Shown: in pieces, positions 55,330-64,000 of the stretch | How the letters are laid out: each line of letters begins with the position of its first letter | How positions within the stretch are numbered: position 1 is the stretch's first letter | DNA from: an uncultured delta proteobacterium | GTDB lineage: Bacteria > Desulfobacterota > BSN033 > UBA1163 | DNA: 64,000 nucleotides | NCBI GenBank assembly: GCA_963731045.1 | Contig: CAVSVC010000018.1 | Span: 26,496 to 90,495 of the forward strand | Reading direction: 5' to 3' | Position numbers and translations under genes: made by a program | Notes under the pieces: generated by a model | Databases searched by the model: none | The model's input: the letters and a program-made list of their open reading frames with translations, nothing else | Told to the model about the DNA's origin: nothing

Positions 55330-56906
55330 CCCGCCCCCCCTCCCTTGCCCTCCCCCTCGAGGGGGGAGGGGAGGGTGGGGGCGAGATTAAAGATTCCCTT
55401 GTAGATCGATTCAATCAACTCGGCCTCCTTCAGGGCGGTTCCCCAGAGGATGGGACGGATTCCTCTCCAGCGCTCTTCGAGAAATCCTTTCAGGACGTTG
55501 TGCGAATCGCCTTTCGCCATTCCAAGATCGTGGAGCATGCCGAGAAAACGGTAGATACAGAACCCTCCCTGGCACGTTCCTTTGGCGAGACGCGTACGAT
55601 GAAGGATGTCCTGGAGATCCGCGGTCCTCCACCTTGTCAGGGCTTCCTCCACTTCTTCTCGCAGCACAAGCTCGCAGTCACAGAGGATTTCTCCGCTTTC
55701 ATCAAGCCTGGGACGGGCAATCTGTTTAAGACGGGCTCCAAATCCCGGGAATTCATGCTCCCCCTGCAGGGGAACAGAGTGAGTTGAACAGGGAACGGTG
55801 ATCCCCATCTTCCGGCAGAGAAAATCACTGACCCGTTCCGCCATGACCCGGTAGGTGATCAGTTTTCCTCCGGTGATGGTAACCAGGTTCTGCAACCCGT
55901 CACGGATCTCGTGATCGATCAAAGCAAAGCCCCGGCTGATTGCCCGATCCTGGCCTTTTTCCTCGGATTGAAAAAGGGGCCGAATTCCCCCGTAGGCCCG
56001 GATCAGGCGGATGTCCTGAATACCAGGGATCATCTTCGAAGTCTCCCTGACAAGGATGGAGACCTCTTCCGGGGTGACTTCAAAACGATCCACGTCCTCA
56101 ACCCGGACAGAGGTTGTTCCCAGGATGGAAACCGTATCATTGGGAACGATAATATCACCGTCACCCGGGGGCCGGCAACGATTGATGACCCTCTGGCTGA
56201 TTCTCCGGTTGGTAACGATCAGGGACCCCTTGGACAGAGCGAGCCCGATCCGTGTTCCCGCAAACTTCAGGATCTGGTTCGCCCAGGCTCCTGTTGCGTT
56301 CACAACGTAGGAGGCGCGGATGGAAACCTCTTCTTCTTGATGAAGGTCTCTGGCTTTGACCTCCCGGACACGCCCTCCTTCCACGACGAGGGAGGTGACG
56401 GCCGTATGAAGGAGAAACCGGGCTCCCCGTCCTTCGGCGTCTTTTGCATTGGCCGAGATCAAAGCGAAAGGATCAACGGCCCCATCCGGAACCTTCACAG
56501 CGCTTTGAAGGTCAGGGTGAAGGCCGGGTTCGAGATCAAGGGCTTCTTCCCTCGAAAGGAGACTCGTTTCAATCCCGGCCTCTTCGCAGGCCCCGAGAAA
56601 CCGGTCCCGGTAATCGAGAGGATCATCGGAAAGAGAGACGAAGAGCCCGTCGGTAGCTTCGATGCAATGGGGCGCAATGCGCTTCAGGATCGTATTCTCG
56701 GCAATGCATTCCCGTGCGGCCACCGGATCGGAAACGGCGTACCTTCCTCCGCTGTGAAGGAGTCCGTGATTTCTTCCGGAAGCTCCGGAAGCAAAATCCC
56801 CCTTTTCGATGACGATGGAGGGGATCCCGCGCAGGGAGAGATCCCTGGCAATCCCGACACCGGTGGCCCCTCCCCCGATGATGAGCACTTCTGTCTGGAA
56901 GTTCAA
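55326..56906 (-). CDS. glpA: Anaerobic glycerol-3-phosphate dehydrogenase subunit A
   Basis: 526 aa. VLIIGGGATGVGIARDL, GRNHGLLHSGGRY, BFD-like [2Fe-2S] region CDCELV...CQGGFC. Confidence 0.9.
   Translation of the reverse strand: MNFQTEVLIIGGGATGVGIARDLSLRGIPSIVIEKGDFASGASGRNHGLLHSGGRYAVSDPVAARECIAENTILKRIAPHCIEATDGLFVSLSDDPLDYRDRFLGACEEAGIETSLLSREEALDLEPGLHPDLQSAVKVPDGAVDPFALISANAKDAEGRGARFLLHTAVTSLVVEGGRVREVKARDLHQEEEVSIRASYVVNATGAWANQILKFAGTRIGLALSKGSLIVTNRRISQRVINRCRPPGDGDIIVPNDTVSILGTTSVRVEDVDRFEVTPEEVSILVRETSKMIPGIQDIRLIRAYGGIRPLFQSEEKGQDRAISRGFALIDHEIRDGLQNLVTITGGKLITYRVMAERVSDFLCRKMGITVPCSTHSVPLQGEHEFPGFGARLKQIARPRLDESGEILCDCELVLREEVEEALTRWRTADLQDILHRTRLAKGTCQGGFCIYRFLGMLHDLGMAKGDSHNVLKGFLEERWRGIRPILWGTALKEAELIESIYKGIFNLAPTLPSPLEGEGKGGGAG
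55335..55385. repeat. GC-rich palindromic repeat, copy 2
   Basis: Core CCCTCCCCCTCGAGGGGGGAGGG at 55348-55370. It encodes the glpA C-terminal tail PSPLEGEGKGGGAG. Confidence 0.7.
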
Positions 56907-57070
56907 TCTCTCCCTCCCGGCCCGCGGATCGCAAATTCCGTAGTTGACTTTCTAAAAGGATAGAATAAAATAGGGTTGTTTTTCAAATTTATTCCTTCCA
57001 GCGGAACTCCGAAGAGACTGATACGCCTCTCCCTGAGGAGGGGATCCCCAATTGCGAAAAGGAGGAGATC

Positions 57071-58249
57071 ATGATGAAGGTCATCAAGGGCAGGCATAAC
57101 CTCCTCGACTCCGTCCAGGTCGGATTCATTCTTACAGATCCCCACTCGAAGATTCTCTATGCGAACCGGCAGGCCGAGGCCCTCTTCGGGTACAGGAAAG
57201 ATGGCCTGAAGGGGCACCGGCTCAGGGCGCTCTTCCTCCATGAGGACCTGACCTTTCTTCTTCCCAACATCATCTATCTCACCCTTTACCAGAGCGGTTT
57301 TACAGGAGAGGCGCTGTTGAGGCAGAAGGATGGAACCAAGATCTTCGTTGACATCTCCACTTCTTCCTTCAAGGAAGAAGGCGAGGTCCTTCTGGCCTTT
57401 TCGTTCCAGGAGATTCAGCGATTGAAGATCCTGGAAAAGCAGAAAATGGAGATGGTGCGATGGGCCAGTCTCGGGATGATGATGGAGGAGATCGCCCATC
57501 AGATCCGGAACCCCATTGTCTCCATCGGCGGGTACGCACAGCGGGTTCTGAAGTCCATGCCCTGTTCCATTTCCGAAAAAGGCAAATCCTATTTCAATCA
57601 CATTCTTCACGAAGCAAAACACCTGGAAATGATGATTGAGCGGATGGAGGAGTACATTCTGCTTCGGAAGCCCGTCTTTCAGAAAACAAGAATTCAGGAA
57701 GTCGTTGAAGAGGCCCTTCTGAGCTTCTCCAAAGGGAGAGCGGATGAGAACATCTCGATCAAGTTGGAGGAGAGGGCCGTGAAACCGGATGGGGTTCTCT
57801 TCCTGGATCAGGACATGATGATGAAAGTCATCTCCCAGATTCTGGAGAACAGCATGGAGGCGATTTATTCGGTTTCGGGGAAGAAACGCAGGAATACGAT
57901 CGGTGTCGTGATCTTTGACGACGGGGAGAGAATCGGTGTTTCTGTTTCAGACAAAGGCCCGGGGATTTCCAGGAAGGTCCTCCCCCACGTCTTTGATCCC
58001 TTCTTCTCCACCCGGCCCGACCATCATGGGCTTGGATTGACCTTCGTGAAGAGGGTGATGGATGAACATGGCGGGACCCTGAGCGTGGCGAGTCGTCCCC
58101 GGCAAGGGACGACGATCTGCCTTTATTTCCCGAAGGATCGCCGCCGGGAGGTCCGCCGCGAGCTGATCTCGCTGGACGCGGTGAAACAGCGAAAAACCGT
58201 CTCCGGAACCTCTGACCGGGAAGGTTTTGCGGGAAAGGTGAAGGGTTGA
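57071..58249 (+). CDS. PAS-domain sensor histidine kinase
   Basis: 392 aa. GGAGGAG upstream. PAS (GFILTDPHSKILYANRQAEALFGY), H-box EEIAHQIRNP, G-boxes DKGPGI and GLGLTF. Confidence 0.9.
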   Translation: MMKVIKGRHNLLDSVQVGFILTDPHSKILYANRQAEALFGYRKDGLKGHRLRALFLHEDLTFLLPNIIYLTLYQSGFTGEALLRQKDGTKIFVDISTSSFKEEGEVLLAFSFQEIQRLKILEKQKMEMVRWASLGMMMEEIAHQIRNPIVSIGGYAQRVLKSMPCSISEKGKSYFNHILHEAKHLEMMIERMEEYILLRKPVFQKTRIQEVVEEALLSFSKGRADENISIKLEERAVKPDGVLFLDQDMMMKVISQILENSMEAIYSVSGKKRRNTIGVVIFDDGERIGVSVSDKGPGISRKVLPHVFDPFFSTRPDHHGLGLTFVKRVMDEHGGTLSVASRPRQGTTICLYFPKDRRREVRRELISLDAVKQRKTVSGTSDREGFAGKVKG

Positions 58250-58273
58250 CATCCTTTTTTCACAGGTTACAAT
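58246..58273 (+). promoter_or_regulatory. Sigma-70-type promoter TTGACA-N16-TACAAT
   Basis: TTGACA at 58246-58251 and TACAAT at 58268-58273, upstream of the DUF151 nuclease gene. Confidence 0.4.
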
Positions 58274-58420
58274 AAATAAGCTGTTTTTTGCCTGTATCAT
58301 CGGCCGGGTCGGCCTCGGTTTCTCTAAACAGCGGCGGTGTTGCGTTTGCGATCTGGGAGAACCGGATCGCGGCTCATGGACCGGAGCTCTGAGCCGACGA
58401 TTCTCACAATGAGGATGGTC

Positions 58421-58921
58421 ATGGAAAAAGAGTGGACCGAAGTTAAAGTGATGGGCATTATGATGGATCCGAAGGCTTCAAACCCGGTGGTGGTCCTGGT
58501 CGATCCGAACAGTCAGAAAGCGCTGCCCATCTGGATCGGGGTATTTGAAGCGGAGGCCATTTCGAGGGGCCTTGAGGATGTCGTGACGCTCCGGCCGATG
58601 ACTCACGACCTCATGAAACAGATTCTGGATACGCTTCAGGCCTCCCTGATACGGGTGGTCATCAACGACCTCAAAGGGAATACATTTTACGCAAGCCTGT
58701 ATGTGAACATTGAAGGCGAAGAGAGGGTTATCGACAGCCGTCCCAGCGATGCGATCGCGCTGGCAATCCGGTTGAAGGCCCCAATCTTTGTGGTTGAATC
58801 CGTTATGGAAAGAACGAAGGAGATAGGACTTCTTTCCTCGGGTCTTTTTGAAGATAAGGACGAACTGAAGACGATCATTGAGGGTATGAAACCCGACGAT
58901 TTTGGGAAGTTCAAGATGTGA
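58421..58921 (+). CDS. Bifunctional nuclease family protein (DUF151/BFN domain)
   Basis: ATG at 58421 after GAGGA. VVLVDPNSQKALPIWIGVFEAEAI...RPMTHDL...DSRPSDAIALAIR matches the family. The track ORF starts earlier at 58337. Confidence 0.8.
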   Translation: MEKEWTEVKVMGIMMDPKASNPVVVLVDPNSQKALPIWIGVFEAEAISRGLEDVVTLRPMTHDLMKQILDTLQASLIRVVINDLKGNTFYASLYVNIEGEERVIDSRPSDAIALAIRLKAPIFVVESVMERTKEIGLLSSGLFEDKDELKTIIEGMKPDDFGKFKM

Positions 58922-59161
58922 CGTAACGAGGCTCCATTTCGAGTTCCCTCCCCCGATTTTTCGACTCTCTTTCTGAAATCCCCAATCCTCATCTCAAGGC
59001 GAGTTCATTCCGGAGAAGGTACCGGCCCTCGGAGCGGCAGACGCAAAGATTTGGTTTGGCCTTACTTTTTTTCAATGTTCGGCCAAGGTTCATCTTCTCT
59101 CACACTCTAATGAAAATCAATTATACCAATAAGTTACAATAAAAGAAATGTATCTTTATGT

Positions 59162-59177
59162 TGGCACACGTTTTGCT
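59162..59177 (+). promoter_or_regulatory. Sigma-54 promoter (TGGCAC-N5-TTGCT)
   Basis: Exact TGGCACACGTTTTGCT, 40 nt upstream of the ATG at 59217. GGAGGA at 59205-59210. Confidence 0.6.
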
Positions 59178-59216
59178 TTCAATGACGGAAAATACTGGAT
59201 AATTGGAGGAAAGTCG

Positions 59217-59402
59217 ATGATTCTTAACGAAAAGGATACCGTCTTAACGACGAATGAGGCAACTTCATTCCTGAGGATATCGAAGCCGACCTTCCTGAAA
59301 TACATCCGCTATGGAAGGATTCGGGCCATTAAGGCAGGAAAGGGGTGGAGGGTCCTCCAGTCTGAGCTCGACCGGTTCCTAAAGGGAGAGTCGAATTCAT
59401 GA
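59217..59402 (+). CDS. Small excisionase/MerR-type helix-turn-helix DNA-binding protein
   Basis: 61 aa from the internal ATG. LTTNEATSFLRISKPTFLKYIRYGRIRAIKAGKGWRVLQSELDRFL. Overlaps the downstream kinase start by 4 nt. Confidence 0.7.
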   Translation: MILNEKDTVLTTNEATSFLRISKPTFLKYIRYGRIRAIKAGKGWRVLQSELDRFLKGESNS

Positions 59403-61645
59403 TCGGAAAAAACCGGGGACGCCTGAGTCTTGCATGGATATTTCTTTCTATCTTGCTGATAGCGATTCCTTTTTCCATGGCGGGTATCGGGTTCAATAGG
59501 GTCTATCGAGAGAGCGTTCAGTCTCCGCGGGAGGAAATCCGGGGTCTCCTCATGCAGGCGACCCGGGCGGTTGTCCCATGGATTCTGACCGGAGTGGCGA
59601 TTGCTGCGGGTTCGGCCCTTATGCTGAAGAAAAAGGTGACGGCGGCCTTCAAGTCGTCCGAAGCGAAATCGGAGTGGGAAACCACCTTCAACGCCGTGAC
59701 GGATATGATTTCCGTCCGGGACAGGGGATTTCGGGTTCTCCGGGTCAACAGGGCAGCCCTTGAGCGGTACGGAATGGAAGAGAGGGCACTCATCGGGAAG
59801 AAATGCTTCGAAGTCTTTCACAATCTGGAATCCCCCTGCAAGGGGTGTTACCTTTCCGAAGCCATGGAGACAAAGCGGGCCACCTCCGGGGAGAGGTGGG
59901 ACCCCTACCTGAAAGGTTTGTTTCGGTACTATGGTTTCCCAGTTTACAACGACTCCGGCGAGGTCGTCGGTGCGATCAGTTTGACCCGGGATATTACGGA
60001 GGAAAAACGGTTAGAGCGGGAAAAAGAAGTGGTCAACAATGTCAACCGGATTCTCGCATCGAATCTTGACGTCAGGAAGGTGGTTAAGGCCGTTCATTCC
60101 GAGCTGAAGACCATACTGGATTCCGAGAGGATGACGATCACCCTGCTGGACGAAACCCGGGAGGGGTTTCGATATTTTGCCCTCGAAAAAGATTATGACG
60201 CGGGTGAACTCATGACAGGGGTAACCTATCCCAGGAAGGAAACGCCGCTGGAGAGGGTGGTGGAAACCGGAAACCCCGTTCTAATCAACGACACGAAAGA
60301 AAGTGATTCCTGGGTGGGCGAAAAACTGTCTCTCGAAGGGATCAGGTCCTTGCTGGTCTTTCCGCTGATTTACAAAGGCAATAGCATCGGGACGCTGAAT
60401 TTTGGAAACGGCCGGGCGGGGCACTTTTCAGAAGATCACCTTGATTTCGTCCGGCAGATCGCACCCGGACTCACCATCTCCATCGTCAATTCTCTCCTCG
60501 TCGACGAGATGAAGGCTTCTGAAGAGAGATACAGGACCGTCGTAGAGACAGCCCGGGACGGGGTGAGTGTGGTGGGAGAAGACTTCCGGTTCAATTATGT
60601 CAACGAGAAAATGACGGAGATCCTGGGTTATACCAAAGAAGAACTGATCGGCTCCGATTTCCGAACCCTGATGGATGACAAGGGCGGGAGAACCCTCACG
60701 GAATACTTCGGGCGGAGGCAGGCAGGGGAAGAGGTGTCTCCGGGATGCGGGCTCAGGATCGTTCGAAAGGACGGGGCACTCAGGAATGTTGAAATCAGCT
60801 CTACGATCGTGAAAGATTCCCATGGAAGAGAGAATACCATTTCCTTCATAAAGGACGTGACCGAGAAGCGGAGGATGGAAGAAAAACTCTTCCAGGCCGA
60901 AAAGCTGAGGGCCCTGGGAGAGATGGCAAGCGGTGTGGCCCATGATTTCAACAACGCCCTTGCCGTCATTCTTGGGAATGCGCAATTGCTTCTCTTCTCA
61001 GCGCAGGATGAGGAGACGACGGAATCCCTCAAGACGATCGAAAAAGTGGTCCGGGACAGCGCCCATACGGTACGGAGACTCCAGGAATTTACGAGCAATC
61101 AGATCCACCGGGAGGCTCTGCAGATCGACGTCAACGGCCTCATTCGGGATGTCATTGAGCTGACCAGACCGAGGTGGAGGGACGAGGCCCAGAAGAATGA
61201 GATCCAGATTGAGGTGACGTTTCTCCCCGGTGAGGTTCCACCGGTAGTAGGGAACAGTTCCGAAGTGAAGGAAGTTCTGACCGGTTTGATCTTCAATGCC
61301 ACCGAGGCGATGCCCCGGGGAGGGAAGATCGAGATCAAAACCTTCCATCGAAAAGGAAAAGTCCATATCCAGATTTCCGATACGGGAACGGGGATGGCGG
61401 AGGATGTCAGGAAGAGGGTTTTTGAGCCCTTTTTTACAACCAAGCCTTTTACCAATTCAGGACTTGGATTGAGTATGTCTTATGGTATTATTAAAAGACA
61501 TGGAGGGGATATCGAGGTCAAAAGCGGGGTTGGGGAGGGAACCACGTTTTCCGTCATCCTGCCCATGGATCCTCCGGACGAGGAGCTTCTGCCTGTCTGC
61601 CCGGTAAGGAGACAGGAAGAAGACGCCGCTATCCCCGGCCATTGA
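59399..61645 (+). CDS. Membrane sensor histidine kinase (TM-PAS-GAF-PAS-HisKA-HATPase)
   Basis: 748 aa. Two N-terminal TM segments, H-box [14 protein letters not shown]-box FNATEAM, G-boxes DTGTGM and GLGLSM. Confidence 0.92.
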   Translation: MIGKNRGRLSLAWIFLSILLIAIPFSMAGIGFNRVYRESVQSPREEIRGLLMQATRAVVPWILTGVAIAAGSALMLKKKVTAAFKSSEAKSEWETTFNAVTDMISVRDRGFRVLRVNRAALERYGMEERALIGKKCFEVFHNLESPCKGCYLSEAMETKRATSGERWDPYLKGLFRYYGFPVYNDSGEVVGAISLTRDITEEKRLEREKEVVNNVNRILASNLDVRKVVKAVHSELKTILDSERMTITLLDETREGFRYFALEKDYDAGELMTGVTYPRKETPLERVVETGNPVLINDTKESDSWVGEKLSLEGIRSLLVFPLIYKGNSIGTLNFGNGRAGHFSEDHLDFVRQIAPGLTISIVNSLLVDEMKASEERYRTVVETARDGVSVVGEDFRFNYVNEKMTEILGYTKEELIGSDFRTLMDDKGGRTLTEYFGRRQAGEEVSPGCGLRIVRKDGALRNVEISSTIVKDSHGRENTISFIKDVTEKRRMEEKLFQAEKLRALGEMASGVAHDFNNALAVILGNAQLLLFSAQDEETTESLKTIEKVVRDSAHTVRRLQEFTSNQIHREALQIDVNGLIRDVIELTRPRWRDEAQKNEIQIEVTFLPGEVPPVVGNSSEVKEVLTGLIFNATEAMPRGGKIEIKTFHRKGKVHIQISDTGTGMAEDVRKRVFEPFFTTKPFTNSGLGLSMSYGIIKRHGGDIEVKSGVGEGTTFSVILPMDPPDEELLPVCPVRRQEEDAAIPGH

Positions 61646-61652
61646 CCGGCAT

Positions 61653-61671
61653 GTGCCCCGTCAAGGGGCAC
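61653..61671 (+). terminator. Hairpin GTGCCCC-GTCAA-GGGGCAC after the kinase gene
   Basis: Starts 8 nt after the stop. No U-tract. Confidence 0.35.
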
Positions 61672-61963
61672 AATATCAATGAAACGACCTTGATAAACCT
61701 CAACGTTGCATTCCCTTCGGCGGCTGGGTGTGCTTCCAAACCTTTACAAAGCGGTTACTTAATATGTTATGGGTAATAAGCGACTTCACCTGGGGTGAGG
61801 TCTGGCATAGGGTTGGAACGTAGGTGGCTAACCGCTTAAAGGTACCGCTATAAAGGTTTTCCAGCACACTCAACCGCCTCCAGTAGCTTTTTTATGCAAT
61901 TGGGAGGTAAACTCAGAAATCAGACCCTGTAGGAATCTAATCCAGTCCATCCGGATCCGAGCC

Positions 61964-62479
61964 GTGAAGCCAAAAACCGTCCTTTTCCTGTTTTTTCTCT
62001 GGGGGATTTTTCTCTCTTCTCCCGTTCCGGCAGTGCCGGAAGCGCTCTTTTCGTCCGAGGGCGGAATCAAGGAAGCCTTGCTGAGGCAACTGGAATCGGC
62101 CGCCCAAACGCTCGATATCGCTGTTTTTGAGATCACCTCCCCTGATCTGGCTGAGGCCCTAACGAAAGCGAAGCAACGGGGGGTCAGGGTCAGGGTGATC
62201 ACCGATTCGAGACAGGCAAAGAGCAGAAACTCCAAAGTGACCTATCTGATCAGCAACAGGTTACCGGTGAAGGTCCTGGGAGGAAAGGAGAAGGGGGCCA
62301 TGAATCACCGGTTTATCCTTCTCGACGGGAAGAAGGTGATGACCGGTTCTTTCAGCTGGTCCGAGAACGCGGAGCGATGGAATTTCGAAAATATGATCCT
62401 CCTTCAGGACAGTGAAACGGTTTCCGCCTACCAGAACGAGTTCGACCGGTTGTGGAGAGAGAAGAGAGTGATCAAGTAG
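61964..62479 (+). CDS. Secreted PLD-like (Nuc-type) domain protein with non-canonical HKD motif
   Basis: 171 aa. GTG start, signal peptide MKPKTVLFLFFLWGIFLSSPVPA. PLD-fold pattern ...GAMNHRFILLDGKKVMTGSFSWSENAERWNFEN. Confidence 0.7.
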   Translation: MKPKTVLFLFFLWGIFLSSPVPAVPEALFSSEGGIKEALLRQLESAAQTLDIAVFEITSPDLAEALTKAKQRGVRVRVITDSRQAKSRNSKVTYLISNRLPVKVLGGKEKGAMNHRFILLDGKKVMTGSFSWSENAERWNFENMILLQDSETVSAYQNEFDRLWREKRVIK

Positions 62480-62492
62480 GCTGACGATCCTC

Positions 62493-63782
62493 TTACACGC
62501 CGATTCGAAAAATCCTGGGGACAATCATCGAGATGATCGGGACGTAGCTGCAGATAAACAGGACCCCGATCAGGAGAACGATAAAAGGCCAGATCGCCCT
62601 GGACAGGCGTTCAATGGAGATCTTGGCAATGGTGCAGCCCACGAAGAGGCAGATGCCCACCGGGGGTGTGATCATTCCCACAACCAGATTGAAGACGAAG
62701 ATGAACCCGACATGCAGGGGGTGAAAGCCGGCCTTCGTCAGGATGGGAGCCAGGATCGGTGCAAAGAGGATGATGGCCGCCCCCGTTTCCATGAAACATC
62801 CGGTGATGAGGAGCAGGATATTCACAATCAGCATCAGGACATACGGATTGTGAGAAATGGAGAGAAAGAAGACGGCCACTTTCTCAGGAACCTGCTGGGT
62901 GGCCAGGAACCAGAGTGCCACGTTGGCCGTTCCAATGATCAGCATGATGACCGAAGAGGTGACCCCGCAGTTCACTAAGATCCGGGGGAGATCGTTCAGC
63001 TTGAGGGTCCGGAAGACAAAAAAACCGAAAATGAATGCAAAGAAAACGGCGATGGCCGCCGCTTCAGTCGCGGTAAAAACTCCGGACATGATCCCGCCGA
63101 GAATGATGACGGGAAGGATGAGGGCGGCAACCGCTTCCCTGCTGCATTTCACAATCTCGCGGAAAGTCGGCCTCCTTTCGTTCCGTGGATAGTTCCTCTT
63201 CCAGGCATAGTAATAGATGATCCCCATCATGCCGAATCCCATGATGACGCCCGGTATGAGACCGGCGAGAAAGAGCCCTCCGATCGAGACCCCCATCGTG
63301 ACCCCGTAGACCACCATCGTGATGCTCGGAGGGATGATCGGCCCCAGCGTTGCGGCGGAGGCGACCACAGAAGTTGCGAAGTCCGTATCATACCCCTCCT
63401 TGGTCATCGAGGGGATCAGGATGGTACCCAGGGCAGAGGCATCGGCCACAGCCGATCCGGTTATGCCGGACAGAAACATCTCCGCCACCACAAGGGTGTG
63501 GGCCAGGCCTCCCCGGATATGGCCGACCAGGATATTGGAAAATTTGATCAGTCTGTCCGTCAGACCCCCGAGGTTCATCAGGTCCCCGGATAGAACAAAT
63601 AGGGGGATGGCCATCAGAGAGAACATATCCATGCCGTTGAATATCTTCTGTGCGACGAGGACGATGGAGTATTCTCCTTTGATCAATACCACTACGAGGG
63701 AACACAGGCCCAGGCAGAAGGCAATCGGGACCCCGATCAGCAGAGCAAAGAAAAACACGAGCCCTAAGATCAATAGAACCAT
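62493..63782 (-). CDS. dctM: TRAP transporter large permease subunit
   Basis: 429 aa. Polytopic with DctM-family sequence throughout. Confidence 0.92.
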   Translation of the reverse strand: MVLLILGLVFFFALLIGVPIAFCLGLCSLVVVLIKGEYSIVLVAQKIFNGMDMFSLMAIPLFVLSGDLMNLGGLTDRLIKFSNILVGHIRGGLAHTLVVAEMFLSGITGSAVADASALGTILIPSMTKEGYDTDFATSVVASAATLGPIIPPSITMVVYGVTMGVSIGGLFLAGLIPGVIMGFGMMGIIYYYAWKRNYPRNERRPTFREIVKCSREAVAALILPVIILGGIMSGVFTATEAAAIAVFFAFIFGFFVFRTLKLNDLPRILVNCGVTSSVIMLIIGTANVALWFLATQQVPEKVAVFFLSISHNPYVLMLIVNILLLITGCFMETGAAIILFAPILAPILTKAGFHPLHVGFIFVFNLVVGMITPPVGICLFVGCTIAKISIERLSRAIWPFIVLLIGVLFICSYVPIISMIVPRIFRIGV

Positions 63783-63802
63783 TCTCTCTACCTGTTATTC
63801 TG

Positions 63803-64000
63803 TTATTTGATCCAATCGTCGACCAATCCATGAAGCAACTGGATGATCATGAAGATCCCGCCCACAGGGGCGGACACGTATGCGTAACCCATTGAAAAAA
63901 GCATAGCGGGCGAGTCCTGGTCCCGGACAGCCCAGGCCACCTGGAAGCCCCCTATCGTAAAAAAGACGAGGAAGAAGAGAATGGAGAGTCTGGCAACCAG
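63803..64000 (-). CDS. dctQ: TRAP transporter small permease subunit, C-terminal part (runs off the window)
   Basis: The minus-strand frame reads ...LVARLSILFFLVFFTIGGFQVAWAVRDQDSPAMLFSMGYAYVSAPVGGIFMIIQLLHGLVDDWIK* with TAA at 63805..63803, 20 nt upstream of dctM. Confidence 0.7.
   Translation of the reverse strand: MVARLSILFFLVFFTIGGFQVAWAVRDQDSPAMLFSMGYAYVSAPVGGIFMIIQLLHGLVDDWIK

Noticed and set aside
61741-61855. Stem-closed region of about 115 nt (CCTTTACAAAGCGGTTA ... TAACCGCTTAAAGG) as a possible sRNA
   Set aside because: There is only one long-range pairing, no terminator or promoter signals, and no family resemblance. The evidence is insufficient.

Overview
This is a 64-kb chromosomal window from what looks like an anaerobic, selenocysteine-using bacterium; the gene content is Desulfobacterota/Nitrospirota-like, which is inference only. 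I recognised no rRNA, tRNA, CRISPR array, transposase or integrase. Layout: (i) 39-12631, minus strand: an MSHA-type type IV pilus locus with gspF/mshG, three prepilin-like genes (one a 469-aa bipartite protein), then genes in mshI-J-K-L-M-N-E order. (ii) 12717-24886, same strand: a CheY-like receiver, a REC-kinase, a small HTH protein and four tandem paralogous PAS/GAF hybrid histidine kinases behind a sigma-54-type promoter. (iii) 25487-31646: a GntR regulator, a Cys-rich unknown protein, a CoxM/S/L-type molybdoenzyme, a Zn-ribbon protein and CoxG. (iv) 33085-36602: a roughly 1170-aa secreted surface protein with FN3-like and SLH-like repeats. (v) 36965-37225: a glutaredoxin-like selenoprotein with an in-frame TGA in a UPYC motif and a SECIS-like hairpin, followed by uvrA. 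(vi) An ABC-2 ATPase (40237-41219) and its probable permease (53101-53931) lie 11.9 kb apart. The gap holds a Phd/VapC pair, a Sec-containing hdrA-mvhD fusion and a tightly coupled korDABC-hdrL-mvhD-hdrD operon. (vii) glpAB, two more PAS kinases (one with a sigma-54 promoter and a small HTH partner), a DUF151 nuclease, a PLD-like protein and TRAP dctQM. Recurrent oddities: about 28 reading-frame breaks clustered in a few genes; hepta/hexanucleotide tandem arrays arranged as inverted pairs at gene ends; CACTGACAC-word hairpins between cistrons; and a GC-rich palindromic repeat that contributes coding sequence. The best candidates for new biology are the kor-hdrL-mvhD-hdrD operon, the two selenoprotein signals and the repeat families.
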